A DNA stretch of 64,000 nt from Thermoanaerobaculia bacterium (GCA_041671505.1 JBAZBK010000011.1:20830-84829); one strand, 5' to 3'; counted from the stretch's first letter, positions 1 to 10,233 are shown. Program-made: numbers and translations. The notes: generated by a model not told the origin, from the letters alone.

Positions 1-145
1 CGGAATGGACCCAGCGATGCTTCGGGAAGAAGAAGGCGCCCGCGAGGGCGAAGAAAAACCAGCCCTGGATGACGGGCAGAAGTGCACCGGCCACACCCAT
101 GAAGAGGCAGGCGACGCCGAAGCCGATGCGGGTTGGATGGCTCAT
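1..145 (-). CDS. Small membrane protein, N-terminal part only (gene runs off the window). YbaN/DUF454-like is only a weak guess.
   Basis: Hand translation of the minus strand from the ATG at 143-145 gives MSHPTRIGFGVACLFMGVAGALLPVIQGWFFFALAGAFFFPKHRWVHS, which is hydrophobic. An AGGAGAAGA Shine-Dalgarno lies just upstream, and the gene starts a few nt after the mutase stop. It is not in the ORF track because it is truncated. Confidence 0.35.
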   Translation of the reverse strand, partial: MSHPTRIGFGVACLFMGVAGALLPVIQGWFFFALAGAFFFPKHRWVHS

Positions 146-152
146 TCTTCTC

Positions 153-1781
153 CTAGAACCCCTGGTCCGTGTGTTCTCCGAAGGTAGTCTTCAGTGTTGA
201 GACGATCTCACCGATCGTGGAGTTACGCCTGACCGCCTCGACGATCGCCGGCATCAGGTTCGTGCCGTCGGCTGCGGCGCGGTCGAGCGCCTCGAGAGCG
301 CGGAGATGCGCCTCCTGTCCATGCGAAGCGTCGCGGTGCCGTCGGAATTCCACGAGGCGCGCCACCTGGTCGCGCTCGACCGACTCGTCGATCTTCATGA
401 TGGGCAGTGGGGGGCTGCCACTGTCGGCGAAATCGTTCACGCCGACGACGATGTCCTCGTGCTCCTCGATCGCCCGCTGGGCCTTGTAGGCGGCGTCGCC
501 GATCTCGTTCTGGACGAATCCCGTTTCGATCGCAGCGAGCGAGCCGCCCATCTCGTCGAGTTTCTCGATCAACGCGCGCGCCTCGCGCTCGATGTCGAGC
601 GTGAGCGCCTCCACGGCGTAGGAACCGGCGAACGGATCGACGGTCATCGTCACTCCCGACTCGTACGCGAGGACCTGCTGCGTCCGGAGAGCGATCCGCA
701 CGGAGTCTTCGGTCGGCAGCGCGAGTGCCTCGTCGCGCGAGTTCGTGTGGAGCGACTGGCATCCGCCTAACACGGCGGCGAGCGCCTGGTAGGCGACGCG
801 GACGACGTTGTTCTCCGGCTGCTGCGCGGTGAGCGTCGAGCCGGCCGTCTGGGCGTGGAAGCGGAGCGCGAGCGATTTGGCGCTCTTCGGCGCGAAGCGG
901 TCGCGCATCAGCTCCGCCCAGAGTTTCCGCGCGGCGCGGAACTTGGCGACCTCCTCGAGGAGATTGTTGTGCGCGTTGAAGAAGAACGAAATTCGCGGGG
1001 CGAACGAGTCGACGTCCAGGCCCCGCTCCACGGCGGCGCGAACGTACTCGAGCCCGTTCGCGAGCGTGAAGGCGACCTCCTGCACCGCGGTCGAGCCCGC
1101 CTCGCGGATGTGGTAGCCCGAGACCGAGATCGTGTTCCACCGCGGAACTTCCTTCGAGCAGTATTCGAAGATGTCGGTCACGAGGCGGAGCGACGGCTTC
1201 GGCGGGAAGATGTAGGTGCCGCGCGCCGCGTACTCCTTGAGGATGTCGTTCTGGATCGTGCCGTTGAGCTTGTCCCAGGAGATGCCGCGCCGCTCGGCGA
1301 CGACCATCACCATCGCGAGCAGGATCGACGCCGGGGCGTTGATCGTCATCGAGACGGAGATCTTATCGAGCGGCAGCTGATCGAGCAGCGTCTCCATGTC
1401 GTCGATCGTGTCGATCGCGACGCCGACCTTGCCGACCTCTCCCCGCGACAGCAGGTCGTCGGAGTCGAGGCCGATCTGCGTCGGCAGGTCGAAGGCGACC
1501 GAGAGCCCGGTCGTCCCGCGCTCGAGAAGGTAGCGGTAGCGCTCGTTCGATTCCTTCGCGGTCGAGAAACCGGCGTACTGGCGCATCGTCCAGTGGCGGC
1601 CGCGATACATGGTCGGCTGCACGCCACGCGTGAACGGATATTCGCCCGCATCACCGAGGTCGCGCGACGGGTCGAAGCTGCGGTCGCGCAACGAGCGGTC
1701 GTCGTAGGCCACGGGAATCTCGAAGCCGGAGCTCGTCGTGACGGGTTTCGATTCGGCGCGGTCTTTCGTCTTCTCGGTCAT
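153..1781 (-). CDS. Methylmalonyl-CoA mutase family protein, catalytic (substrate-binding TIM barrel) subunit without a fused B12-binding domain
   Basis: The 542 aa ORF contains the characteristic segment [57 protein letters not shown] and the rest of the mutase large-subunit fold. No C-terminal cobalamin domain is present. Confidence 0.9.
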   Translation of the reverse strand: MTEKTKDRAESKPVTTSSGFEIPVAYDDRSLRDRSFDPSRDLGDAGEYPFTRGVQPTMYRGRHWTMRQYAGFSTAKESNERYRYLLERGTTGLSVAFDLPTQIGLDSDDLLSRGEVGKVGVAIDTIDDMETLLDQLPLDKISVSMTINAPASILLAMVMVVAERRGISWDKLNGTIQNDILKEYAARGTYIFPPKPSLRLVTDIFEYCSKEVPRWNTISVSGYHIREAGSTAVQEVAFTLANGLEYVRAAVERGLDVDSFAPRISFFFNAHNNLLEEVAKFRAARKLWAELMRDRFAPKSAKSLALRFHAQTAGSTLTAQQPENNVVRVAYQALAAVLGGCQSLHTNSRDEALALPTEDSVRIALRTQQVLAYESGVTMTVDPFAGSYAVEALTLDIEREARALIEKLDEMGGSLAAIETGFVQNEIGDAAYKAQRAIEEHEDIVVGVNDFADSGSPPLPIMKIDESVERDQVARLVEFRRHRDASHGQEAHLRALEALDRAAADGTNLMPAIVEAVRRNSTIGEIVSTLKTTFGEHTDQGF

Positions 1782-1904
1782 GATCGTTCCCTGCCCTGTT
1801 CATTGTATCGTCGGGAGCGGCGGAGGCTGTGACGCAACAACCCGGCCTGCGAAGGCGCGCGGTGTACACTTTCCCACCCGTGCTCCCGAGCGCGGAGGTG
1901 AGCG

Positions 1905-3842
1905 ATGGAGACGGCGGAATCGAACCACGGCTTGTCGGCCGCCTCCGTCGCCGCGCCGCGTCGAAGCGGACCGTCCGCCTGGGCCGCGATCACGCTCTCC
2001 ACGCTCGCGGGTTTCGGCCCGCCCCTCGCCCCGGTCGCCGGCGGACTCGACGCCGGATGGCAACTCGGACTCAGCTGGGCGCGGGAGCTCGGGCTTCACT
2101 GGGGGAGCGACTTGATTTTTACGTACGGACCGTGGGGACATGTCGTCGCCGCGATTCCTCTCTCGTCGTCCCTCGTATGGAGCTCCGTCGTCGCTCAGTT
2201 CGTCGCGCTTTCGCTCGTTGCCTGGGCGAGTTGGCGGCTGACCGAGGCGCGCGGACTCTGGTGGTCGGCTCTTCTCGCCTTGCCGGTGACAGCTGCTGCG
2301 GCGAGCAGTGGCGTCGCGACCGCGCTCTTCCTCGGCATCGTGCTCGGATGCTTCGTTCTCGTCTTCGATGCGCGACTCACGAGCCGAGTCGTTTGGTTTG
2401 TGGGGGGGCTCGCGGGTTTCAGCGTCCTGATCAAATTCAATACCGGTACCGCTGCGATCGCGATCGGCGCGTTCGCGATGCTCGCGACGGTTCGCTGGCG
2501 TTTCGCGCTCGCCGGCTTCATTGCGTCCTCCCTCGCGGGTTTCGTTGGCGGCTGGCTCGCGGCCGGGCAGACGCTTCGCGATCTGGTTCCGTGGCTGAAG
2601 GGAAGCGTCGAGCTCGCCGCCGCATACCCGACGGCGATGCGGCACGTTCGTGACGATCTGGCGGGCTGGCTTCCGCTCGCCACGCTCGCGTTTGGCCTCG
2701 GCATGACCGCACTGCTCGGCGGGGTCAGCTGGATGCGCGGGGCGGAGCTTCCGGCGCGCCGCCGTGTTGCGCTTGCGCTGGCCGTGGCGGGAGCAGCGTT
2801 CGCGCTGTATCTCGCGAGCGCGACGCGTCTCGACGCTGGACATCTCGGGCTTCTGCCGATCGGTCTCTTCATCCTTGGTGTGCCGATTGCCGGGTCGTTA
2901 GGCCGGCCCGGCGCCTCCCCCGGCCGGCCGTCGTCCCGAGTCCCAATCGCGTTGGTAGCAGCGATCACTGTCGTTTGCGTGTCAGTCAGCGTTGCAATTC
3001 TCGGAAGGGAAGGCGCCGCGCAGTACTTCCATCCCGTCCGCTCGCTCGGGACTCTGGAAGGGGAGTTGAGACTTGCAGTGAGCGAGAACGCGCGGTCGGC
3101 GGCTCTCGAAGCCGATAGGGGTGCGATCCGCGATGCCTACCCGGTTCCGTCCTGGGAGCTGACGACCCTCAACCCGACCGCCGCGAGCCTCACGGGGCCT
3201 CTGCCCGCGGTCGTAGCGGCACTTCGCGGAGGTTCGGTTCACGTGGAGCCGTGGGCCATCAGTCTTGCGTGGGCACACGGGCTCGATTGGAGTCCCATGC
3301 CGGTAATGCAGAGTTACGCCGCCTACACGAGCCGGCTCGACGAGCTGAATGCGGCGGCGTTGACGCGCCCCGAGGGACCCGCGGGCATCCTGCGGCAATC
3401 CGCGGCGATCGACGACAAGTACCCGCTATGGGAGTCGCCCCGCTATCAGCTCGCGATGCTCTGCAACTTCAGACAGGCGTCGACCGATGGACGATGGCAG
3501 GCTCTGGTCCGCGCAACCGGCCGATGCGAGCGGCCCCGAATCATCGCGACGGCCACCCTCGGGCACGGCGTGCAGATCCCGGTGCCGAAGCTCGGGGGCG
3601 CGCTCATCGTCGCGGAGCTGTCGCCTCGCCACGGAAGCTCCAGTGCGACACGCAAGCCGGCTCTCGTCTTCTGCGGGCCCAGGGCCTACCGGCTGAGTCA
3701 GGGTGTTCCCTCGGGTCCTCTCGTCCTGCGCGCGGAGGCCTCGGGATGGGACAAGCGCGTGATGCCCGCGCCGTGCGAGACGCTGAGTGCAGACCGGTCG
3801 GTTGAGGTAACGTTCAGTTCGGTGAAGGTGAGGGAAGAGTAG
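1905..3842 (+). CDS. Polytopic integral membrane protein of unknown function with a large C-terminal soluble part
   Basis: The 645 aa ORF has many hydrophobic helices in its first ~370 aa (LVWSSVVAQFVALSLVAWASW, VLVFDARLTSRVVWFVGGLAGFSVLI and others). Its composition is coding-like, unlike the Arg-rich antisense ORFs. No family was recognised. Confidence 0.5.
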   Translation: METAESNHGLSAASVAAPRRSGPSAWAAITLSTLAGFGPPLAPVAGGLDAGWQLGLSWARELGLHWGSDLIFTYGPWGHVVAAIPLSSSLVWSSVVAQFVALSLVAWASWRLTEARGLWWSALLALPVTAAAASSGVATALFLGIVLGCFVLVFDARLTSRVVWFVGGLAGFSVLIKFNTGTAAIAIGAFAMLATVRWRFALAGFIASSLAGFVGGWLAAGQTLRDLVPWLKGSVELAAAYPTAMRHVRDDLAGWLPLATLAFGLGMTALLGGVSWMRGAELPARRRVALALAVAGAAFALYLASATRLDAGHLGLLPIGLFILGVPIAGSLGRPGASPGRPSSRVPIALVAAITVVCVSVSVAILGREGAAQYFHPVRSLGTLEGELRLAVSENARSAALEADRGAIRDAYPVPSWELTTLNPTAASLTGPLPAVVAALRGGSVHVEPWAISLAWAHGLDWSPMPVMQSYAAYTSRLDELNAAALTRPEGPAGILRQSAAIDDKYPLWESPRYQLAMLCNFRQASTDGRWQALVRATGRCERPRIIATATLGHGVQIPVPKLGGALIVAELSPRHGSSSATRKPALVFCGPRAYRLSQGVPSGPLVLRAEASGWDKRVMPAPCETLSADRSVEVTFSSVKVREE

Positions 3843-3899
3843 AGTCGATCCAGCGACGTACTTTGTTGGTGCGGCGCAGGGACACCGCTTGTCGTGCTT

Positions 3900-6800
3900 C
3901 TACGGGACTCGAATCCGTGCCGAGCGTGCGATGAGTTGACGGTAACCGATCGACGCTGCCTGTCGTTCGACTGTCGCGAGCGCACGTTTGCCTTCGCGCC
4001 GCGAAGCGGGATCGGTCCGGAGTATCGTCGCCCGTACGAGTAGCGCATCGAGCTCGAGCAGCTTCGTTCCCATCGACGCAGCCGCTGTCGCCGCCGTCTC
4101 GGCCCGGGTGGCACCGTCTCCGCGGGTCGCAGCTTCCGCGCCGCGCAGCGCCGCCAGCTCGATGGCGAGCATCGAGCGCTCGACTTTGCCCGCGCTCGTC
4201 GCGAGGGCGTCTGCCGCCGCGAGCTCCACCTTCGCCGATTCGAGCTTCCCGCGCGATCGAAGGGCGCGGGCCGCGACGAGGTGCGCGCGGAGCTCGGCTT
4301 CGATGAATTTCCCCTCGCGAGCGGCGGCCGAAGCCTCGCCGGCGGCGCGGAGTGCCTCGTCTATCCGGCCCTCGTCGAGGTCGATCGCCGCGATCGCGAC
4401 GCGGCTGTCGAGCGTCTCGCGCTTCTCTCCCGCCTTCTCGCGGATCGCGAGTGCTTCGCGATGCCGTGCGAGCCCTCCGTCGGCTTCGCCGAGCGCCGCG
4501 AGCGTGTCTCCGAGGTTGTAGAGTGCGACCGCTTCCATGTGAGCGCTTCCGCTCGTCTTCGCGATCTCAAGCGCGCGCTCCAGGTCGCTGCGCGACTGAC
4601 GGAGGTTCCCCGCGAGGTATTGGAGATAGCCGATGTTGTCCCAGGTCCCCGCGAGGAACACCTTGTTCTGGATTTCCTCGAAGATCGGGCGTGACGCGAG
4701 ACAGAGACGCATCGACTCGTCGAGGTTCCCGTCCTTCATCTCGAGCACGGACTGATTCACGACGCCGAGCGCTTCGGCGCGACGGTTTCCGAGCTTCTTT
4801 CCCATCTCCCGCGACTGGCGGTAGTACGTTCTTGCCGCCGCGTAGTCGCCGCGGGAGAACGCGAGCGAACCCATCCGGTTGATCGTCATCGCTTCGCCTC
4901 CGACGTCGCCGAAGCTGCGGAAGACTTCGAGTGATCGCCGGAACGGCTCGTTCGCATCGTCGAGGCGTCCGATTCGCTGCAACGCGTTCCCTTCGACCGA
5001 GAGGGCGTTGGCCCAGAGCAGGCTCGCGCCTGATTCCTGCGCCTTCTTTTGCGCCCGCTTCGCTGCGGCGAGCGCTCCGGGATAGTCGGCCGCGGCGAGC
5101 TTCACGTTCGCTTCGGTGAGCTCGATCGACCCGAGGTCGCGCGTCGGCAGCCCTTCGCGCGGAATCCCGGCGAGCGTCTCGAGTGCGTTCTTCGGCTTAC
5201 CCCCGTTCGACTGCATCTGCGCGAGCTGCTTCCGAAGCTCAACGTCGTCGGGCTGGAGCCGGACGAGCTGTTCCGACGCGGCGATTGCCTCGTCCCACTT
5301 GCGCGCCATCTCAAAGTAACGCGCCGCGATCGAAAGCCGGTCGCGTTCGCCGAGGCGTCCCGCGAGCTCGTGCGCGCGCGACGCTTCGGCGAGCGCGTCC
5401 TTGTCGAACGCGAGGCGGCCGAAGGCGATGGCGAGCGCTTCGTGCGCGCGCGCGAACTCGGGATCGGCGGCGACCGCTTCGCGGAGCCGGTCACGCGCCG
5501 CGAGCGGGTCCCACGCGCGGAGACGGTCGAGCCCCTCGGCGTAGAGCCTCAGCGCGCGATCGTTTGCCGGTCGTGCGGCCGCGAGACGCACCGTCTGCTC
5601 GGTGTTGAGCGGCGACCCGCCGAGACGCGAACGGAGCACGCTGCCGGAACGGGTGACGAGGTCGAGGAGCTCGGCATCAGTCCCCTCGATCGCGTCGGCG
5701 GCGATCGTGTCTCCGGTCGCCGCGTCGATCAGCCTAACGTCGACTCTGACGCGACCGCTGCCCGCCGGGTCGCGCAGGAACGATCCGGAGACGACTCGCG
5801 TCGCGCCGAGGTTCTCGCGCACCGCGGTGAGCACGCGGTCGAACGGCGCGTCCATCCCGCCGAGCCTCCGCTCGTCGAGCACTCTCGCGACCTGCTCGGG
5901 CGCGATGATGCGTGCCCCTCCGGCCTCACTGATCTCCGTGGCGAGCATGTCGGCAAGCGCGGTCGACATCCAGTCGAACGCGGGATCGCGCGAGAGGTTC
6001 CGGAATCCGGTGACGGCAACGGCAACAGAACGAATGGGCCTCGCTGCAGCGAGTGGTGTTGCCGGCGGCGGGGTTCTCGACGCGATCCAGAGCCCGGCCG
6101 CGGCCGCGGCGAGGATGAAGGCTGCGACCAGGATGGCCGAACGGCGTCCCGGGAGTGACGGAGTCGATGACATCGGCGCGGCGCTGTCCGCATCGAGCGC
6201 GGAGATGATCTCGTCGACGCTCCTGAATCGCTTCGACGGTGTGCGGTCGAGGCAGCGCATCACGATCGCCGAGAGAACAGCGGGAATCGAGGGATTGGAG
6301 AGCCTCGGCGGCGGAGGGTCTTCCTGGATGCGCCGCATCGTTGCGACGAGAGACGATCCCTTGAAGGGATGCGCTCCGGTGAGGGTCTCGTAAATGACGA
6401 GACCGAGCGCGTAGATGTCGGTTGCGACGCTCGCCGGCTCGCCGCGGAACTGCTCGGGGGCCATGTACGCGAGCGTGCCGACCAGGATTCCGGGCGTCGT
6501 CCTGAACTCGTCGCCGGCTGCCTCCGTGACGCGCCGTGCAAGGCCGAAGTCGGTGATTACCGCGCGCTGCGAACCGTCAGCGCGACGCGCAAGCACGACG
6601 TTCTCCGACTTCAGGTCGCGATGAATCACGCCGAGCCGGTGCGCGGCTGCGAGTCCGCTGCAGATCTCGCGGATCACTCGCGTCGCGTCCGTCAGGTCGG
6701 GCGGCCCCTGAGCGCGGAGGTAGTGTCCGAGCGTCCGCCCGTCGAGCAGCTCCATCGTGACGAACGAGAGGGGATCGGCGCCCGACGAGTCGATATGGAG

Positions 6801-7142
6801 ATCGAAGACGCGGCAGATATTGGGATGAGTCACCCGCCGGGAGAGCTGGATCTCGCGCCGGAAGCGGACCATCGACGGCTCGTCGGTCGCGAGATCGCGC
6901 TGAATCAGCTTGATCGCGATCGCCTCGCCGAGTTCGAGGTCGTCCGCTTCATAGACCTCGCCCATTCCGCCGCGCCCGATGAGGCGGACGACTTTGTAGC
7001 GGGAGTCGAGCGTGTCGCCCGGCTTGAAGCGTGCCTCCGCTCGATCGATCGGCGGCGCGGAGCCATCGTCGCGGAGAACGAGCGTGTCGTCGTTACCCTC
7101 GGACGGTGCGTCGTGAGCGTCGACGTCGCGTTGGTCGACCAT
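3900..7142 (-). CDS. Ser/Thr protein kinase with one TM helix and a long C-terminal TPR-repeat region
   Basis: Kinase motifs are present: LIGRGGMGEVY, AIK, HRDLKSENVVL, DFGLA and APE. A TM segment (ILVAAFILAAAAAGLWIA) and about 600 aa of TPR-like repeats follow. The ORF is open to 7358, but its first 72 codons are Arg-rich junk. I place the start at the ATG at 7142 (MVDQRD), so the start is uncertain. Confidence 0.88.
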   Translation of the reverse strand: MVDQRDVDAHDAPSEGNDDTLVLRDDGSAPPIDRAEARFKPGDTLDSRYKVVRLIGRGGMGEVYEADDLELGEAIAIKLIQRDLATDEPSMVRFRREIQLSRRVTHPNICRVFDLHIDSSGADPLSFVTMELLDGRTLGHYLRAQGPPDLTDATRVIREICSGLAAAHRLGVIHRDLKSENVVLARRADGSQRAVITDFGLARRVTEAAGDEFRTTPGILVGTLAYMAPEQFRGEPASVATDIYALGLVIYETLTGAHPFKGSSLVATMRRIQEDPPPPRLSNPSIPAVLSAIVMRCLDRTPSKRFRSVDEIISALDADSAAPMSSTPSLPGRRSAILVAAFILAAAAAGLWIASRTPPPATPLAAARPIRSVAVAVTGFRNLSRDPAFDWMSTALADMLATEISEAGGARIIAPEQVARVLDERRLGGMDAPFDRVLTAVRENLGATRVVSGSFLRDPAGSGRVRVDVRLIDAATGDTIAADAIEGTDAELLDLVTRSGSVLRSRLGGSPLNTEQTVRLAAARPANDRALRLYAEGLDRLRAWDPLAARDRLREAVAADPEFARAHEALAIAFGRLAFDKDALAEASRAHELAGRLGERDRLSIAARYFEMARKWDEAIAASEQLVRLQPDDVELRKQLAQMQSNGGKPKNALETLAGIPREGLPTRDLGSIELTEANVKLAAADYPGALAAAKRAQKKAQESGASLLWANALSVEGNALQRIGRLDDANEPFRRSLEVFRSFGDVGGEAMTINRMGSLAFSRGDYAAARTYYRQSREMGKKLGNRRAEALGVVNQSVLEMKDGNLDESMRLCLASRPIFEEIQNKVFLAGTWDNIGYLQYLAGNLRQSRSDLERALEIAKTSGSAHMEAVALYNLGDTLAALGEADGGLARHREALAIREKAGEKRETLDSRVAIAAIDLDEGRIDEALRAAGEASAAAREGKFIEAELRAHLVAARALRSRGKLESAKVELAAADALATSAGKVERSMLAIELAALRGAEAATRGDGATRAETAATAAASMGTKLLELDALLVRATILRTDPASRREGKRALATVERQAASIGYRQLIARSARIRVP

Positions 7143-7366
7143 GAGTGGCTTGGGGAGATTATCGCAGAGGGGCGCGTGGGCCGCATCACGACCAGCCTCG
7201 CGCGCCGCGCGCGGACGGTCGATGTCACTGTGCCCACGGCGGCTCCGGCGTCGCTCGGCCCGGCGTGAGGACGCGCGATTCCCCGCCCCTCCCGGAGGCG
7301 GTTTTCGCCGGTCCATCGTTCGCTCGGGGCATTTCTCCACCGTGGTTGGTAGAATCACCGCGCCAC

Positions 7367-8500
7367 ATGGGTATCTCGGGAAATCTCCGCACTATGGCAC
7401 CGGGCGATCTGCTCCAGTGGCTCAACTTTGCCCAGAAAACGGGAACCCTCGTTTTGACGCAGGGCGGAGTGGAGAAGAAGATCTTTTTCCGCGAGGGGCG
7501 GGTGATCTCCTCCGCGTCGACCGACCCGCGCGAGTACCTCGGCCAGTTCCTCATGAGCCACGGCTACATCACCGAGGAACAGCTGACGAAAGCGATGCAG
7601 GAGCAGGCGCGCACCAAGCGGCTGCTCGGCAGGATCCTCGTCGATCTCGGTGTGATCTCCGAAAAAGATCTCGGCCGCCTGATGCGCGAAAAGGCCGAGG
7701 AGTCGATCTACGAGATCTTTCTCTGGAGAGAGGCGGAGTTTCACTTCATCGACGACGAGCTTCCGAGCATGGAGATGGTCCCGCTGCAGATCGACGTGAC
7801 CGGAATCATCATGGAGGGATCGCGGCGCATCGACGAATGGAAGCGGATCACGCGGCTCGTGCCCGATCGCGAGGCGGTGCCGGAAGTGATCTCGCCGATC
7901 GACTCCGCGTCGCTGCATGAAGTCCCGAGGCGGATCGTCGAGGCGGTGAACGGACATCGCTCGATCGAGGAGCTGATCCTGGAGAGCCGCTCGTCGCATT
8001 TCAAAGTGGCGAAGACGGTCTGTGAATTCGTCGAAGCAGGGTTCATGCGCGTGGGCAAGCGGATTCAGCCTCCCGTGCGCACGCCGAGCGCGGAGGTTCG
8101 GGCCGTCAGAACCGAGGCGGATGAGCTCTCGTCGCTTCTCAATCACGCGCAGGAAGCGTTGAGAGCGAGCGATTTCGACAAGACGCTGCGGATGCTCAAG
8201 GCTGCGCAGAACGTCGACCCGACCAATCCCAAGGTCGCGAGCGCGCTCAAAGGCGCATCCGCCATGATCCTGAACGCGCTCGAGGCGGAGGGGATCGTTC
8301 CGAAGAAAGTCCCGAAACTCGTGAAGGACTTCGATGAGATCAGTCAGATGAACTTCACGCCTAACGAAGGGTTCATGATCTCGCGCATCAATGGAACATG
8401 GGACATCGGCTCGATCTTGAAAATCAGCCCGCTTCGGGAGATCGATTCGCTGCTCATCCTTCGCAAGCTCCAGCGCGACGGGATCGTGAAGTTGATTTGA
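7367..8500 (+). CDS. PATAN/DUF4388 domain-containing protein
   Basis: N-terminus MGISGNLRTMAPGDLLQWLNFAQKTGTLVLTQGGVEKKIFFREGRVISSASTDPREYLGQFLMSHGYITEEQL is a typical DUF4388 signature. The ORF is open from 7145, but the upstream part looks non-coding, so the ATG at 7367 was chosen. Confidence 0.75.
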   Translation: MGISGNLRTMAPGDLLQWLNFAQKTGTLVLTQGGVEKKIFFREGRVISSASTDPREYLGQFLMSHGYITEEQLTKAMQEQARTKRLLGRILVDLGVISEKDLGRLMREKAEESIYEIFLWREAEFHFIDDELPSMEMVPLQIDVTGIIMEGSRRIDEWKRITRLVPDREAVPEVISPIDSASLHEVPRRIVEAVNGHRSIEELILESRSSHFKVAKTVCEFVEAGFMRVGKRIQPPVRTPSAEVRAVRTEADELSSLLNHAQEALRASDFDKTLRMLKAAQNVDPTNPKVASALKGASAMILNALEAEGIVPKKVPKLVKDFDEISQMNFTPNEGFMISRINGTWDIGSILKISPLREIDSLLILRKLQRDGIVKLI

Positions 8501-8754
8501 GGCAGGCGAGAGGCGAAGGGCGAGAGGCGATGAGCAGGCAGCGAGCGGCTCGGGGTTTCGGTCCTGCTTCGTGGCTGACTTGAGGCAGGCGAAGGGCGAG
8601 AGGCGATGAGCAGGCGACGAAAGGCCTGGCGGTTCGATCCTGCGTCTTAAGCTGAATCCGATCGAATCGCGATTTCCGACACAGAGTGCGACGCGTGCAG
8701 TCGCCCAAGGCTCCTGACTGCTCATCGCCTCTCGCCCTTCGCCTCTCGCCTCGC
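8498..8754. repeat. Heptamer-array inverted repeat, GGCGARR family, locus A (two direct arms plus one inverted arm)
   Basis: Arm 1 at 8505-8539 reads GGCGAGA GGCGAAG GGCGAGA GGCGATG AGCAGGC. Arm 2 at 8588-8615 is the same minus one unit. The inverted arm at 8718-8754 reads CTGCT CATCGCC TCTCGCC CTTCGCC TCTCGCC TCGC. The reverse complement of 8722-8754 matches 8505-8537 perfectly (33 nt). Confidence 0.9.
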
Positions 8755-9227
8755 TACTCGAGCCCGACCTTCGCTCTGATTCTCGTCTCCAGCGCATTCA
8801 TCTCGCCGTCGTCGGTCTCGTGGTCGTAGCCGAGGGCGTGGATGAGGCCGTGCAGGAGCAGGTAGCGCACTTCGGTGGTGAGTGAGTGGCGTTCGTCCCG
8901 CGCCTGGCGCCGGGCCTGCGGCAGCGAGATCACGATCTCTCCGAGCGAGTGGTCGCCGACGTCGGCGGAATCGATGTCGATCCCCTCGAACGTGAGGACA
9001 TCGGTCGTCTTGTCCTTCCCTCGGTAGGCGCGGTTCAGCTTCCGCATCGCGGAGTCGTCGACGAAGGCGATCGACACCTCGTCGACGGGCTTCCTGACCG
9101 CACCGGCGGCATCGAGCCGCGCGAGGCAGCGGCGCACGAACGCGCCGAGATCCTTGCGCGACAGGCCGCGCACGGCGGGGCCGGAGACGTCGACTTCAGT
9201 TCCTGCGGTCTGCGTTCTGCTCTTCAC
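8754..9227 (-). CDS. ybeY: Endoribonuclease YbeY (rRNA maturation factor)
   Basis: The zinc-binding motif HGLIHALGYDH is present. Size (157 aa) and position downstream of phoH match the conserved phoH-ybeY pair. Confidence 0.9.
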   Translation of the reverse strand: MKSRTQTAGTEVDVSGPAVRGLSRKDLGAFVRRCLARLDAAGAVRKPVDEVSIAFVDDSAMRKLNRAYRGKDKTTDVLTFEGIDIDSADVGDHSLGEIVISLPQARRQARDERHSLTTEVRYLLLHGLIHALGYDHETDDGEMNALETRIRAKVGLE

Positions 9228-10233
9228 GTCTCCGCTCCTTCGCTGCCTTGTCTTCGCGGTCCCGCGTGTCGTAGGCGGTGACGATGCGGCCGACGAGTGG
9301 ATGACGGACGACGTCCTTGTCGGTGAACTGGAAGGTCTGGATACCGCTGACTCCCCCGAGGATCTCGACGGCGACCTGCAGCCCCGACTTCTTTCCTTCG
9401 GGGAGATCGGTTTGCGTCACGTCGCCGGTGATGACGGCCTTCGAGCCGAAGCCGAGCCGCGTGAGGAACATCTTCATCTGCTCGGGCGTGGTGTTCTGCG
9501 CCTCGTCGAGGATGATGAAGGCGTCGCTGAGCGTTCGTCCTCGCATGAACGCGAGCGGCGCGATCTCGATCACGTTGCGCTCGAGCAGCTTCGAGACTTT
9601 CTCGAATCCGATCAGGTCGTATAGGGCGTCGTAGAGCGGGCGCAGGTAGGGGTTCACCTTCTCCGCGAGGTCGCCGGGAAGGAAACCGAGCTTTTCACCT
9701 GCCTCGACCGCGGGGCGGCAGAGGATGATCCGCTTGATCGTCCGCGCGTTGAGCGCGGAGGCGGCGACGGCGACGGCGAGAAACGTCTTTCCGGTGCCGG
9801 CCGGGCCGAGCGCGAAGGTCATGTCATTCTCTTCGATCGCCTGGAGGTACTGTTTCTGCGCGAGGTTGCGTGGCGTGGCGACTCGGCGCGACGCCGCGCG
9901 ATCGCGGTCGTCGAGGAAGAACTCGACGAGGCTCGCCTCCGGGTCCTCGCTCACGACGCGGACCGCCGTGATGATCTCGTTGCGCGTGACGGGATAGCCG
10001 CGCTCGATGAGTGCCTGCATCTCGGAGAGCACCTTCCCGGCGGCGCGCGAATTGGGCTCGTCCCCGCGCAGGAAGAGCTCGCTCCCGCGCGCGGAGATCC
10101 GGACGCCGAAGGCGTCCTCGACCAGCCGGAGGTTCTCGTCGTGGATCCCGAAGAGCGTGCTCGTCACCGAGCCCTCGCCAAGAGCGATGCTGATGCCGCC
10201 GTTTTCCGTCACGCGCATGTCGTTCGATGCCAT
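9196..10233 (-). CDS. phoH: PhoH family ATPase (YbeZ-like)
   Basis: Walker A GPAGTGKTFLAVA is present with PhoH-type downstream motifs (ILDEAQN, ITGDVTQTDLP). The ORF is 345 aa. Confidence 0.9.
   Translation of the reverse strand: MASNDMRVTENGGISIALGEGSVTSTLFGIHDENLRLVEDAFGVRISARGSELFLRGDEPNSRAAGKVLSEMQALIERGYPVTRNEIITAVRVVSEDPEASLVEFFLDDRDRAASRRVATPRNLAQKQYLQAIEENDMTFALGPAGTGKTFLAVAVAASALNARTIKRIILCRPAVEAGEKLGFLPGDLAEKVNPYLRPLYDALYDLIGFEKVSKLLERNVIEIAPLAFMRGRTLSDAFIILDEAQNTTPEQMKMFLTRLGFGSKAVITGDVTQTDLPEGKKSGLQVAVEILGGVSGIQTFQFTDKDVVRHPLVGRIVTAYDTRDREDKAAKERRREEQNADRRN

Noticed and set aside
5-187. A 60-aa plus-strand ORF at the window edge
   Set aside because: It is antisense to a better-supported minus-strand membrane-protein start (which has a Shine-Dalgarno), and it overlaps the 3' end of the mutase gene.
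7143-7358. A 72-codon N-terminal extension of the Ser/Thr kinase
   Set aside because: It is Arg/Pro-rich (…RRKPPPGGAGNRASSRRAERRRSRRGH…), which is typical of an open but non-coding frame. It would also leave almost no promoter space before the divergent PATAN gene. The ATG at 7142 gives a normal kinase N-terminus.
8498-8615. A possible mini-CRISPR: two ~35-40-nt direct repeats separated by ~45 nt
   Set aside because: There are only two direct copies, the third copy is inverted, the repeats are internally periodic low-complexity sequence, and no cas genes are in the window. It fits the heptamer-hairpin family instead.
8398-8708. Short ORFs translating the heptamer arrays (for example ...ARGEGREAMSRQ..., with similar ORFs at 42440-42652, 42600-42800, 51106-51200 and 59640-59708)
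   Set aside because: The 'peptides' are just three-frame readings of 7-nt repeats. They occur on both strands, lack start context, and change frame between loci. I treat the arrays as non-coding.
7355-8797. A 480-aa minus-strand ORF, and similar ORFs at 14134-15306, 51087-52121 and 55202-56539
   Set aside because: All are antisense to genes with clear family signatures (DUF4388, GGDEF, PrmA, spermidine-synthase-like). Their compositions are dominated by Arg, Asp, Glu and Leu.
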